Below are positions 1 to 12,015 of a stretch of DNA of 64,000 bases, in pieces (positions within the stretch are counted from its first letter, which is position 1; each line of letters opens with the position of its first letter). The translations under genes and the position numbers were made by a program. The DNA is from Eledone cirrhosa (taxonomy: Eukaryota): contig OZ024761.1 of assembly GCA_964016885.1 (NCBI GenBank), forward strand, positions 9,424,001-9,488,000. The letters are read 5' to 3'. Below the pieces are notes generated by a model that was not told the DNA's origin, did no database searches, and saw only the letters and a program-made list of their open reading frames with translations.

Positions 1-22
1 CAGCGGTGAACCTCAAACCTGA

Positions 23-55
<33 letters not shown>

Positions 56-691
56 CATTTATCGCAATAAATTAATATTTATTATATTATATTAAATCAC
101 TATATTAGTTCTACCTTCATGGGAGGAATGAAACCTAAATAATGGATATGATATTGTACAATATATCTATATTTTCACAAACTATATATAGCGTTAAACC
201 GAAACGGTAATTATGATTAAGTTATTATACATTATACATATAGATGTAAAAAACCAAATGCAGAGATATACGAAAGAATAATATGATTTTGCTATTAAAC
301 AATATACACATATTTGCAAAAAAAATTAGGTATAGAGAGATATACTAAGTATTAATGAGAAAGTATACTTTTGGTAAATGATAACGTTTATAATCTTATA
401 TAACAGATTCAAACATGCAAAGGTTAAATACATACATATATATAAAAGAGTGTAAACGCATGAATGATTCCCAGTTCAAAATAAGGTCCGTAAAAATTTA
501 CAGGTTGGATATTTGAACTATATTTAAAACATAGATAGAAAAATAAAGATAGAGAAATAATGGTATGGATCAAAGTTAATAATATTATTTTATGTAAATC
601 AACGTGTCGGCATGTTATTAAAACGTTATTTCTTTTATAGATAGTTATAAGATAAAATAATATTAAAGTCCATTAAGGTGTTCAACTGTTG

Positions 692-750
692 ATTATGTAC
701 GTCTGATGAGGACGTTCTGTTATACCTCTGAAATATGTATAATAAAATTT
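692..750 (+). ncRNA. Degenerate type I hammerhead ribozyme (family of 18158/50161/53531)
   Basis: CTGATGA 703-709, GAAA 730-733, then TATGTA-TA-ATAAAA as in better copies; stems weak. Confidence 0.4.
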
Positions 751-964
751 AATTGATCAAAAGAACATCTATTTTATAATATTAATAACTCTGGAAAATT
801 TTTTTTTACTGTAGAGTGCTTCCAATCTACTGTAAAACTTATTCTTTGATGTACTCATCCCAACGACTTTTTTTTAGCCGTTGCTCGCACCAACCTGAGG
901 TATATGGCCTTTAATGCGACGAAATGCCTACGACGGTTGGATAGCCACTGATGAGGACAAACTT

Positions 965-1026
<62 letters not shown>

Positions 1027-1037
1027 GTATATATATT

Positions 1038-1174
<137 letters not shown>

Positions 1175-1215
1175 ATATAGTTGAAAATTGCAAACTTGAC
1201 TGTCACCACACATTA

Positions 1216-1254
1216 TGAACCTGAAGATTGCGAAAGCATGAAAGTACTTGTTCA
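1216..1254 (+). ncRNA. Minimal type I hammerhead ribozyme
   Basis: TGAAC-CTGAAGA-t-TGC gaaa GCA-t-GAAA-GTAC-TT-GTTCA: stem I TGAAC/GTTCA, stem II with GAAA loop, palindromic stem III. Confidence 0.85.
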
Positions 1255-1410
1255 ATTAACACTTAACATTTAATATTCTACCATACTATTTGATTCTAAT
1301 ACCATTATAAATTTTAAAGCATTGTAAATAAAATGAGTAAATCAGACAAAGTTGGAATACCTTTTATTAATATAATCTTCTATACACAATCATACACACC
1401 TGTGTATATT

Positions 1411-1471
<61 letters not shown>

Positions 1472-1531
1472 CCTGTCTTAACGACATCACAACTTTCTCC
1501 GCTTGGCCTGTTTCCCCCCTTTTGGAACTTT

Positions 1532-1567
1532 TCCCCCGTTGATGGGCGTGAGCCCGAAATATTGGGA
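1532..1567 (+). ncRNA. Degenerate minimal hammerhead ribozyme
   Basis: TCCC-CCGTTGA-t-GGGC gtga GCCC-GAAA-TA-TT-GGGA; stems intact, core has two changes from CUGANGA. Confidence 0.5.
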
Positions 1568-1714
1568 TTAAATCTCTACTACGGTAACCCTTCTACCTTT
1601 GTTTTGTTTTCATCTCTGTCTCTCTCAATTTTCACTTTCTCCTATTTCTCCTATCTATATTTCACTTCCTACCTCGAGATTTCCCTTTGCATTGTTGTGG
1701 CTTTCTTAAATACG

Positions 1715-1755
<41 letters not shown>

Positions 1756-2011
1756 TCTAAATACCTATAAAATATGAAAGCCGCCTGAACCTTGCGCGGC
1801 CATTTTAAGCTCTGAATAACGAAAAAGAAAAAAAACTATAAAAAATATGTAAACTCATTAAATCTAAGGCAAATCGTATAGGTATATGTTGAACTACATT
1901 TACAGTAATGTATTTAGCAACAAAATTAATAGGCCTGTGATACGATATGGATATTTTATAGTCTATGGTAATAAAATATGTAGGATATGGGTAATTACTC
2001 AACAACAGCAA

Positions 2012-2127
<116 letters not shown>

Positions 2128-2294
2128 AACATACAACATGGTTAAGTATTTATTAAACGGGCGAATATATAGATGGGTAGTATAGATGATTATTTTTAAA
2201 CGTAATTGCAATAGAGAAGCTTGTGTCAGTATATATTTATTGAAGTCTAATACATAAAGTTATGGGTGGTTATTACCTAAGTAATGATGTAATG

Positions 2295-2735
2295 TTTGGC
2301 TCCGCGGGCCGGATAGCCATGCAACGGTGGCCCCGCGGGCCGGATGCACAATTAATACTACTTATATACAAATAAGTAATCGTTTATTTATCCCTTATGT
2401 TAGATTTGAAACAAAATTCAATATCGATACTTAGAGCTGTCCCAAGCAGAAAAATACATTTAAACATTGTTTTATTCGGCAATATCGATAGATCGGCTTC
2501 CGAGGTTGACTTTGCCTTTCATCCTTACGGGGTCGATAAAATAAAGTACCAGTAATGAACTGGGTATTTGCTGGCCTTGTGCCCAAAGTAGAAACAAATA
2601 TCGATAGATCGGGTGCAAATTTATTGCAAACTATACCCTTTTTAGAAACCCCGCGGGCAGGATAAAAGCCTTCGCCGGTCAGATTGAGACCCTTCGCGGG
2701 CCGGATGTGGCCCACGGGCAGGAGGTTGGTAATCC
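2295..2735. mobile_element. Partial hAT-type MITE (same family as 10980-12015) interrupted by a SINE fragment
   Basis: Near-identical to 10995-11166 plus 11877-12005; termini eroded. Confidence 0.8.
2497..2596 (+). mobile_element. 5'-truncated tRNA-derived SINE with 16-bp TSD
   Basis: GCCTTTCATCCTTACGGGGTCGATAAAATAAAGTACCAG core; AATATCGATAGATCGG duplicated at 2481-2496 and 2597-2612. Confidence 0.85.
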
Positions 2736-3200
2736 CAAAAGTAAGGTCTCCTTCCGATATTGCAACTTTTCTGTTAAAATCCTGTGGATGGTGCTTTGGG
2801 AAACCCCAGGAACCAAAATGCAGAGAGCATCCAGAGTGATCCGCCGATCTTTACGCATGTTTTCCTCGGAAGGAGACCTTACTTTTGGGGTTGTCCTCTA
2901 TATAATAACTGCGCGAAATTAGCACTTGGCGGTAGCGTTCAACGGGAGCTCCATTCCCAACGGCTGCGAAGCCAAGATTGAGCATCCCAGCGAAGCGCGC
3001 GCATGCTTGTTTGGGAGTGAAGGAAGCACGTACGAACAGTTTCTCTGCGTCCCCATCGCTTTGGAGACCTTACTTTTGGGATTACCTTCGTATATATATT
3101 GAGTATATGTTGGTTGTTTACCGACACCTCAGTATGAAGGTTGGAGCACTCAACGAGGTACGCAGGCTGGTTTGTTTACTCCGGAGTAATGTAAAATAAG

Positions 3201-3525
3201 TAAGTCAAACATGTAAAATTTGGCTTCGTTTATTATCTGCTATATATATTTCAGTGACAGCTATTATTGGCTGTGACCTCATCACGCAGTACGAATTAAT
3301 GTAGAAAGAACAGGTAAACATGGTGTTGAAATGTCTTCCACTCTGTCAATTCATCGATATGTCCAGCTCCAGGGTGGAATTGACAGGGTGGAACACATTT
3401 CACCACGTTTACCTGTTCTTTCTACATTAATTCGTACTGCCTGAAGAGGTCACACCCAATAATAGCTGTCACTGAAATATATCTAGCAGATAATAAACGA
3501 AGCCAGATTTAACATGTTTGACTTA
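3201..3525. mobile_element. Fold-back PLE pLTR remnant with HHR in each arm
   Basis: Inverted arms 3201-3352 / 3377-3525; + HHR CTGC-CTGAAGA(3441)...GAAA(3474)-TATATC-TA-GCAG; minus copy has C3G. Confidence 0.75.
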
Positions 3526-3743
3526 TAATATAAAACAGCTCGAGACACGATCATTGTGTGGATCTGTCTGATTCTGGACCCGCAAGTTCGACGGACACGT
3601 CTAATGATTTCGAAGCAAATTCTTTCACGTTTTATATCATATCATACTCTGCTCTGTAAGAGCATAGAGTGCTCAACCGGCATACCGCCTATGGAAGCAT
3701 CTTAGCTACCATCAGACAGACATATATATATAGATATACATGA

Positions 3744-3807
<64 letters not shown>

Positions 3808-4617
3808 CACGTACATATATACACATATATGCACACATACATACATAACTGTGTGTATGCATGCCTGTATGCGTATATATGTGTGTGTAACAGTATATAT
3901 ATGTGTGTGTATGTGTGAGTAAATATATGTTTGTGTGCGTGTGTGTGTATGTTTGTGTATATGTATGCCTGTGTAAATATATATATATATATGTGTGTGT
4001 GTGTGAATGTTTGTGTATATGTATGTGTGTATATATATATATGTGTGTGTGTGTGTGTATGTGTGTGTAAATATATATATATGTTTGTGTGTGAATGTTT
4101 GTGTATATGTATGTGTGTATATATATATATGTGTGTATGTGTGTGTAAATATATATATATGTTTGTGTGTGTATGTTTGTGTATATGTATGTGTATGTAA
4201 ATATATATATATATATATATGTGTATGTGTGTGTGTGTGAGTGTAATATGTTTCCAGGGTGCTATGACGAAGCATATCTGTCACACGATACAAAAATTAA
4301 ATACAACAAAATAAAACAATACAAAACAAAACACAGCAAAACAAAATAAAAATAAAATAAAATAAAACAAAATGGCCGTCTCATCATGGCGAATCTCTGG
4401 AGAGAAAGGAATTGAATTCTCGTATTAATCAGAAGAATTTTTCATGACAACGTTTGTTTAAGATTTTGTTAAAGATTTCTATTGAAGGAGGAAAATATTA
4501 AATAGAAACGCTAATAACACGGCTTGTTTATAAAACAAACGTACAAAGGATAGAATGAATAAAAGTGAGAGAGAGAGAGACTATTGATAAAGAGAGTGGT
4601 AGGATGAGGTAGATTGT

Positions 4618-4673
<56 letters not shown>

Positions 4674-4763
4674 GAAGGAGGAGGTAGATAGACAGTTAGA
4701 TAGAGGGTAGGAGATAGATGATAGACAGTAGGAAATAGCTAGCTAGCTAGATAAATTGGTATG

Positions 4764-4928
4764 TCGACGGCTAATTCTGGAATTAGCCGTCCAGAATTAG
4801 CCGTCGAAACGGCTTGAGCTCAGCCGTCGGGGTCCTACTCGTTCCTATTACCCACTCTACTACCGTAAGTATTGAGTAATTTGGTGCGTTATGGTCCACC
4901 TGGTTCCTTACCACATCTCCTTCGTTAT
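4764..4928 (+). mobile_element. Short repeat family A (half-hammerhead fold-back element)
   Basis: GCCGTC-GAAA-CGGC ttgagctca GCCG-TC-GGGGTCC...TCCTTCGTTA ending in (TA)n; more than 10 copies in window. Confidence 0.8.
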
Positions 4929-4948
4929 ATATATATATATATATATAT

Positions 4949-5011
<63 letters not shown>

Positions 5012-5029
5012 TGTTTCTTTATTATAGAC

Positions 5030-5066
<37 letters not shown>

Positions 5067-5783
5067 TACAGATAGATAGAAAGAGATTAGAAACAGAAAG
5101 TTAGATAGATCAAGAGAGAGATAAGGTGAGATTGATAGAGGTATTTATCTTTCCGAAACTGTTAAATAATTGATTGTATGACGTGAATAAGCACTGTTCC
5201 TTTACCTGTAGAACATTCTAAACGAGAACACGATCGCAAGTAATTCTTTACTTCTTTGTAGAAAAGAATAGAGATTGTAATTCTGTAAACTTGGTGCACA
5301 TCACCGGAATATCGAGAGCTAATTGGCAGTATAGTTAATTAGCAATTTGCTACATTTTGTTGTATACGATTGTATACACACACACACATACATATTTAGA
5401 TTTACACATATATATATAGTATTAAGGATACTATTTATGGTTATTCATTACCAATTCAACCCCCTTACACTCTTGTTCGCCCGTTTAAGTGCCTCTATTG
5501 CATGTAACACTCTGCCGCACTATAGCATTATATAAACAAGACACACGTGTAACTATTGCACTCAATAACTGCTTATGAATATCCTATCGCATTAATTTCA
5601 TGTTGTATTTTAACCTTAATTTTTGATTTTTCCTCTTTTGATATGAATGTAACCTTTAAGTGTATACTGCCACACTAAACATTATAATGGTTGTCGACCT
5701 ACCGAGCAACAATGTTTGCATATGTATCTGTATGTCTCTTGGGTTGAAAAGAAGGTCATATTTGTTATCATCCATTAATAAAT

Positions 5784-5830
5784 TGCTCCGAAGAATCCAA
5801 ACCTCGGTTTGGAGGAAACAATTGTAAGCA
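5784..5830 (+). ncRNA. Minimal hammerhead ribozyme with U4C core (CCGAAGA)
   Basis: TGCT-CCGAAGA-a-TCCAAACC tc GGTTTGGA-g-GAAA-CAATTG-TA-AGCA. Confidence 0.75.
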
Positions 5831-5867
5831 TATAAATGATTTGATTAGAACTTTGATTCTTATAACT

Positions 5868-5972
<105 letters not shown>

Positions 5973-6030
5973 GTGAGGTTTTTTTTACAAAATGAAAAAT
6001 AACCGAGGTGTCCTACACGAGTGAAAGTAT

Positions 6031-6290
6031 AAAGAGAAAGAGATGAAATCGAAAATGCAACTAGAGTCTTATTTTTTAAAAAATATATATATATTTATTT
6101 GGTTCCTTTACCGGTTTCGCAGTTCTTCTGCTTTTCAAAAGGTGAGTTGAGATGGAGGGTCTGTGGTTTTTCTCAACTCACCTTTTGAAAAGCAGAAGAA
6201 CTGCGAAACCGGTAAAGGAACCAAATAAATATATATATTTAAAAAAAAAATAAGACTCCAGTTGCATTTTCGATTTCATCTCTTTTTCTT
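6031..6290. mobile_element. Fold-back element with U3-A8 variant hammerhead in both arms
   Basis: Arms ~6031-6152 / 6171-6290; + HHR 6181-6218 CCTT-TTGAAAA-GCAG aagaa CTGC-GAAA-CCGG-TA-AAGG. Confidence 0.85.
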
Positions 6291-6310
6291 TATATATAAA
6301 TATATATATA

Positions 6311-6509
6311 TAACGAAGGAAATGTGGTAAGGAACCAGGTAGACCATAACGCACAAAAGTACTCAATACTTAGGGTAGTAGAGTGGGTGATAGGAACGAG
6401 TAGGACCCCGACGGCTGAGCTCAAGCCGTTTCGACGGCTAATTCTTGACTATTTTAGTCCATAATTAGCCGTCTAAACGGCTTGAGCTCAGCCGTCGGGG
6501 TCCTACTCG

Positions 6510-6512
<3 letters not shown>
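6311..6512. mobile_element. Repeat family A, palindromic copy
   Basis: TAACGAAGG...GACGGCTAATTCTTGACTA|TAGTCCATAATTAGCCGTC...CCTACTCGTTC between TA tracts. Confidence 0.85.
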
Positions 6513-6550
<38 letters not shown>

Positions 6551-7481
6551 ATCAGGAAAGAAGGTTGACATGGTTTGCTATACAAAAAAGGTTTAATCAC
6601 ATAGCTGACAATTGTTTCTCTGAACTGGTAGGTCTAGAGATCGCTATTCGCTTATTTTCGCGTTACTCGATCACCAATACAAAATTATAACCAGTCAGAT
6701 CTTCGGAGCATGCGAGAAGGAAGAAAATACACAGGCAAGAAAAGAATATACAGGCTACTATATGAAGTAGTAATGGCATTCAATTAGAACAATAACAACA
6801 ATTACAACAATGCTATTAATAAATTATTTAAGGAGACCCTGACATTACTAGGTGGGGGGTATATAATGTATCTAACGTTACGGCGTGTAAAACTAGCTGT
6901 CATGAGGCAAAAGAAAGCGTTTGGCATGTACAGAGTATCGAAGTGTATATCAATTTTAAATTTTAAATTTTAAATTTTGTAACGTTAGATACATTATATA
7001 CCCCCCACCTAAGTAATGTCAGGGTCTCCTTAAATAATTTATTAATAGCATTGTTGTAATTGTTGTTATTGTTCTAATTGAATGCCATTACTACTTCATA
7101 TAGTAGCCTGTATATTCTTTTCTTGCCTGTGTATTTTCTTCATTCTCGCATGCTCCGAAGATCTGACTGGTTATAATTTTGTATTGGTGATCGAGTAACG
7201 CGAAAATAAGCGAATAGCGATCTCTAGACCTACCAGCTCAGTGAAACAATTGTAAGCTATGTGATTAAACCTTTTTTGTATAGCAAACCATGTCAACCTT
7301 CTTTCCTGATTTATTATTACTCCAAGTGTTTACAACATATGAATTACGGCATACCCGCAGCATCACTATGAAAACGCCTTGTTGAGTCAAACCAAGCCAA
7401 GCGTTAATATCATCCACTACCTGGAATACCATAACTGGACTTTACCTAGGTGGACTGCATTTAACTATTATTTGTTACCCC

Positions 7482-7482
<1 letters not shown>
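6551..7482. mobile_element. Fold-back PLE pLTR remnant, ~330-bp arms, HHR (CCGAAGA core, long stem II) in both arms
   Basis: Arms 6551-6881 / 6979-7310; + HHR CCGAAGA 7155-7161, CTGACTGG/CCAGCTCAG stem II base, GAAA 7243-CAATTG-TA-AGC. Confidence 0.8.
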
Positions 7483-7563
<81 letters not shown>

Positions 7564-7565
7564 GC

Positions 7566-7611
<46 letters not shown>

Positions 7612-7969
7612 ATACTTTAGGAGGGTGATGCTGCCAATAAACACACACACACCTGTTGATTTTCACTTCAATTTATATTTATATATGTATATATATATAT
7701 ATCATAAAACATGTCTATAGAATCACCAGATAAAATATATACCATTTCCTCTCCCAATTAGCATAATTAACTATATAAAAAATCGAATAGACCAGGCTAT
7801 AAGAATAAGGCTTCTATGAAGAAATCTCCAACGAATAACCGAAACTAGCCCTTCGCGTCGGCCGAAACGGAATATTTATCGAATATTTCGACAGCGTAAT
7901 CGCCCTGATACAGTCAATTAAACAGAATTAGGTGTAAAATAAACTAGGAGAAAATAAATACATTTAAAT

Positions 7970-8056
7970 ACCTCTACCATGGTTTCGTCCGCATTTTGAG
8001 ATTTCCAATAATTATGTAATTATTATATAACTCGAGCACTGGATTCATCAGGAGAT
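7970..8056 (-). ncRNA. Hammerhead ribozyme with extended stem II
   Basis: Reverse strand ATCTC-CTGATGA-aTCC...GGAc-GAAA-CCATGG-TA-GAGGT. Confidence 0.75.
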
Positions 8057-8323
8057 TTGCTCTGATCTAGACACTAAATTTTCCAAAGTGATCGCGCCAA
8101 GAATTCATTCAAAATGGCTAAGAATCGTGACGTAGTCGCGGTCAGGTTGGAAGGGGTGTGGTAGTTGCTTACGACTGGTGGCTTTTTTGCTCGAAAGCAC
8201 AGCACAATACAGCCAAATTTGTATCTCAACCTAATGGGAGATTATTACATATAAAAGTTTACATATATATATACATACATATACATATACGTGTTTTGCA
8301 ACGGGTCACTTTGTGGCTCAATG

Positions 8324-8402
<79 letters not shown>

Positions 8403-8495
8403 GTGAACAACACAATATATAACTACTCCATGACCAAATGTTTCTGGTTGTTCACTTTCTAATTAAATAGCTCTTTTAAATAGCTCGGAATTACC

Positions 8496-8540
<45 letters not shown>

Positions 8541-8543
<3 letters not shown>

Positions 8544-8741
8544 CGAAGGAAGTGTGGTAAGGAACCATATAGACCATAACGCACCAGAGTACTCAATACT
8601 TAGGGTAGTAGAATGGCTAATAGAAAAAAGTTTAATCCCGACGGCAGAGCTTAAGCCGTTTCGACGGCTATTTCTTGACTAGTCCAGAAATAAATAGCCA
8701 TCGAAACGGCTTGAGCTCTGCCGTCGGTGTTAAACTTTTTC
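8541..8741. mobile_element. Repeat family A, palindromic copy
   Basis: Same consensus; axis at TTGACTAGTCCA. Confidence 0.8.
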
Positions 8742-8786
8742 ATATATATATATATATCCATACATATATATACCAATACATACATA

Positions 8787-9396
8787 CATGGTGGCTGCCA
8801 ACTCGTTTTCGAGTACGGCCACTACTTTATATCCATGTAGGAGAACCCCTACCGATGCGCTGAACGAGTGTGACTTTTTAGTCCAGCCAGCGACTTGAAA
8901 ACTCTGGTACAAACCCTACACTTGTGACAATTATTGACACATAGTGCTGGGCCCATGGTACCATGTGATGACAAGTGCAGAGAGATCTCCAGATATAAAG
9001 CAATGCCTGTGCCGTGAAGCTTTTATAGTGAGCAAAGGCACTGCACAAAGCCAGTCCCACTCTCTTAACCAAGATGATATTTACCAAAAGAAGAACAAGT
9101 CAACATCATTGGATACCATCAGGGTTGCAGGTGTTATATCAAAATTTTCCTTCTCCTAGAATTATGCCTTGACAAAGGCTAAGGGGTCATCTCTCCCGGT
9201 GATTTTGGATGGCCATTCACTCTTAAGAGCTCCTTTGCCCTTTGACAGGTTTTGTTTTTAGTCCTGCAGGATGTCAAAAGTCACCCTCCTCACCAAGAAA
9301 CCTTGGTGGGGTTGCCAGTTTAGTCGCCAACGACCCGACCATGAGACAGGTTGTACTGGGATACATGTTACCAGTAGCACCAACTGGTGACCTGAC
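8787..9396 (-). mobile_element. Non-autonomous ~610-bp RTE-LINE-derived element with (TATG)n tail
   Basis: Near-identical to 62609-63219 (inverted) and 44401-44811; CTAGGAGAAGGAAAA motif recalled from RTE 5' UTRs; 3' hairpin CTCGAAAACGAG then (TATG)n. Confidence 0.65.
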
Positions 9397-9773
9397 ATAC
9401 ATACAAACACATTTCGTTGTTCATCTTAAGTAAGTGATATTCTAAAATATATTCCTAAATACATTTCTTAAGCTAATGTTGAATAGTTTTCTGTGATCTG
9501 ATGTGTTAACTGCCCTGTTACTTTTGACTCACACTCTATATGTCTCGCGTTTAATTTCCATTCAATTCTAAAACGGTTTTCATTTTGATAATATAATTAT
9601 TTTAGTGAAAATACTAATTAAATACACAAGGAGGTAAAGAATAAATAGAAAATAAAGATAGGAAAGAATAAGAGAATGAATGAGAGATAAAGAGAGAGAG
9701 AGGGGGGAGGAGGGGAGAGAGAGAGAAAAGGAAGTGAAAGAATTAGCCCCCATAAATGGAATGGAGGGATAGA

Positions 9774-9864
<91 letters not shown>

Positions 9865-10068
9865 AGAGAGAGAGAGAGAGAGGAGAGTGAGAGAGTGAGA
9901 TAGTTAGACAGACAGATAGATAGATAGGCATTAGAGAGAGAGAGAGGGGGGACGGGGGAGAGAAGAGAGAGAGAAAGAGAGACAGACTGAAAGAAAGAAA
10001 GAAAGAAAGCAAGAGAGAAAGAAAAAACGAAAGAGAGAGGGAGAGAGAGAGAGAGAGAGAGAGATAGA

Positions 10069-10106
<38 letters not shown>

Positions 10107-10136
10107 AAGAGAGAGAGACAAAGTGAGAGAGAGAGA

Positions 10137-10214
<78 letters not shown>

Positions 10215-10412
10215 AAGAAAGAACCAGAGAGAGAGAGAGAGATTTCTAATTTTGGTGTCTAATTATGAAAAGCTGTCGTTATAATTCTATTTAGAAAGTT
10301 CCGCTGTGAAATGACAGAATTACTAATTTTATTGAGATACGAGTTTCACTCGGGAGAAAACCAATGTGTAGTATTTATTATTATGGGACTTTTTGATAAA
10401 AAAAATATAATA

Positions 10413-10482
<70 letters not shown>

Positions 10483-10597
10483 CTATCTATTTATATATAT
10501 CATACACATATGTACACACACACATACACATGTAAATGTGTGTATATATATATATATATATGTGTGTGTGAATATATATATATATATATATATATAT

Positions 10598-10856
10598 AAC
10601 GAAGGAAATGTGGTAAGGAACCAGGTGGACCATAACACACCAAAGTACTCAATACTTAGGGTAGTAGAGTGGGTAATAGGAACGAGTAGGACCCCGACGG
10701 CTGAGCTCAAGCCGTTTCGACGGCTAATTCTGGACTAAAAACATTTTTTTTAATCCAGGGGTTCTACTCGTTCCTATTACGCACTCTACTACCCTAAGTA
10801 TTGAGTACTTTAGTGCGTTGTGGTCCTTCTGGTTCCCTACCACATTTCCTTCGTTA
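10598..10856. mobile_element. Repeat family A, palindromic copy with two long arms
   Basis: TAACGAAGGAAATGTGG ... CCACATTTCCTTCGTTA in (TA)n. Confidence 0.85.
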
Positions 10857-10979
10857 TATATATATATATATATACACTGTAAGAGGGGCAGGTAAACATA
10901 CACAGGTGTGAGCTGTAACACCAATGACATGAAAGGACTGGATTACTTGTCAATAAAACCTCCATTAAATCTTCTATGA

Positions 10980-12015
10980 CAGGGGTTTCCAACCTTTTGG
11001 CTCCGCGGGCCGGATAGCCATGCAGCGGTGGCCCCGTGGGCCGGATGCACAATTAATACTACTTATATACAAATAAGTAATCGTTTATTTATCCCATATG
11101 TTAGATTTGAAACAAAATTCAATATCGATACTTAGAGCTGTCCCAAGCAGAAAAATACATTTAAACCTCGGCAAACCTTAGAGTTAAGGAAGCACTAATT
11201 ATAGATAAAACACAACCACCAATCAATAATATACTAGAACTCAACACCCAATTTATAACCTGATAGAGCTTCTAGCCCCATATTTACACACACCCCACAC
11301 ACACACACGCACACACACACACACACACACGCTTACACCTCCACTTATTCTCTCTCACACATACACACCCAAAACCAGTTCTAACACCAGATAACACCTA
11401 TCCCCCCACATTTACGAATAGACTTATCTTCTCACACACTCACACACACACACTCACATACTTACACCTTCATGCATTCTCCCACACACTTAAACAGGCA
11501 TGTATAAAAAAAACAAAAAAACAACAAAAACAAACCCCTTTTAAAGGGAGACTACTCTTTATCCACCTAATTTTAACTCTTTGACATTAGAGATAGAACA
11601 GATACTCTATACCATTTCCTGTCAGCATGACTTGGCAAGATATTTAGAATGCTGGTTTGAGACCTTTATTTCCCTCTGAAGAAGAGATATTATCTCGAAA
11701 ATTAAGGACATTTAAATAAATCTAAGGTAAAGGACTAATTGTCAACAATATCTTTTGCATTTGCATTCTTTATTCTATGTCCATACCTGCATTGTTTTGG
11801 CTTTATTATACATATACAAACGTTTATACCTCATTACACAATGCTTCAAGTGAACTATAACCTCCTCCATTTAAACATTGTTTTATTCGGCAATATCGAT
11901 AGATCGGGTGCGAATTTATTGCAAACTGTACCCTTTTTAGAAACCTCCCGGGCAGGATAAAGGCCTTCGCCGGTCAGATTGAAACCCTTCACGGGCTGGA
12001 GGTTGGGGACCCCTG
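10980..12015. mobile_element. hAT (Charlie-like) MITE with 8-bp TSD
   Basis: TIRs CAGGGGTTTCCAACCT / AGGTTGGGGACCCCTG; TTCTATGA duplicated at 10972-10979 and 12016-12023. Confidence 0.9.
11167..11867 (+). mobile_element. 5'-truncated Penelope-like element nested in the MITE
   Basis: Absent from the 2295 MITE copy; CATTTAAAC duplicated 11158-11166/11868-11876; 11168-11263 reads SANLRVKEALIIDKTQPPINNILELNTQFIT* (GIY-YIG C-terminal KEALxI...PxxN motif); HHR-like CTGAAGA(11676)-GAGAT att ATCTC-GAAA. Confidence 0.75.
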
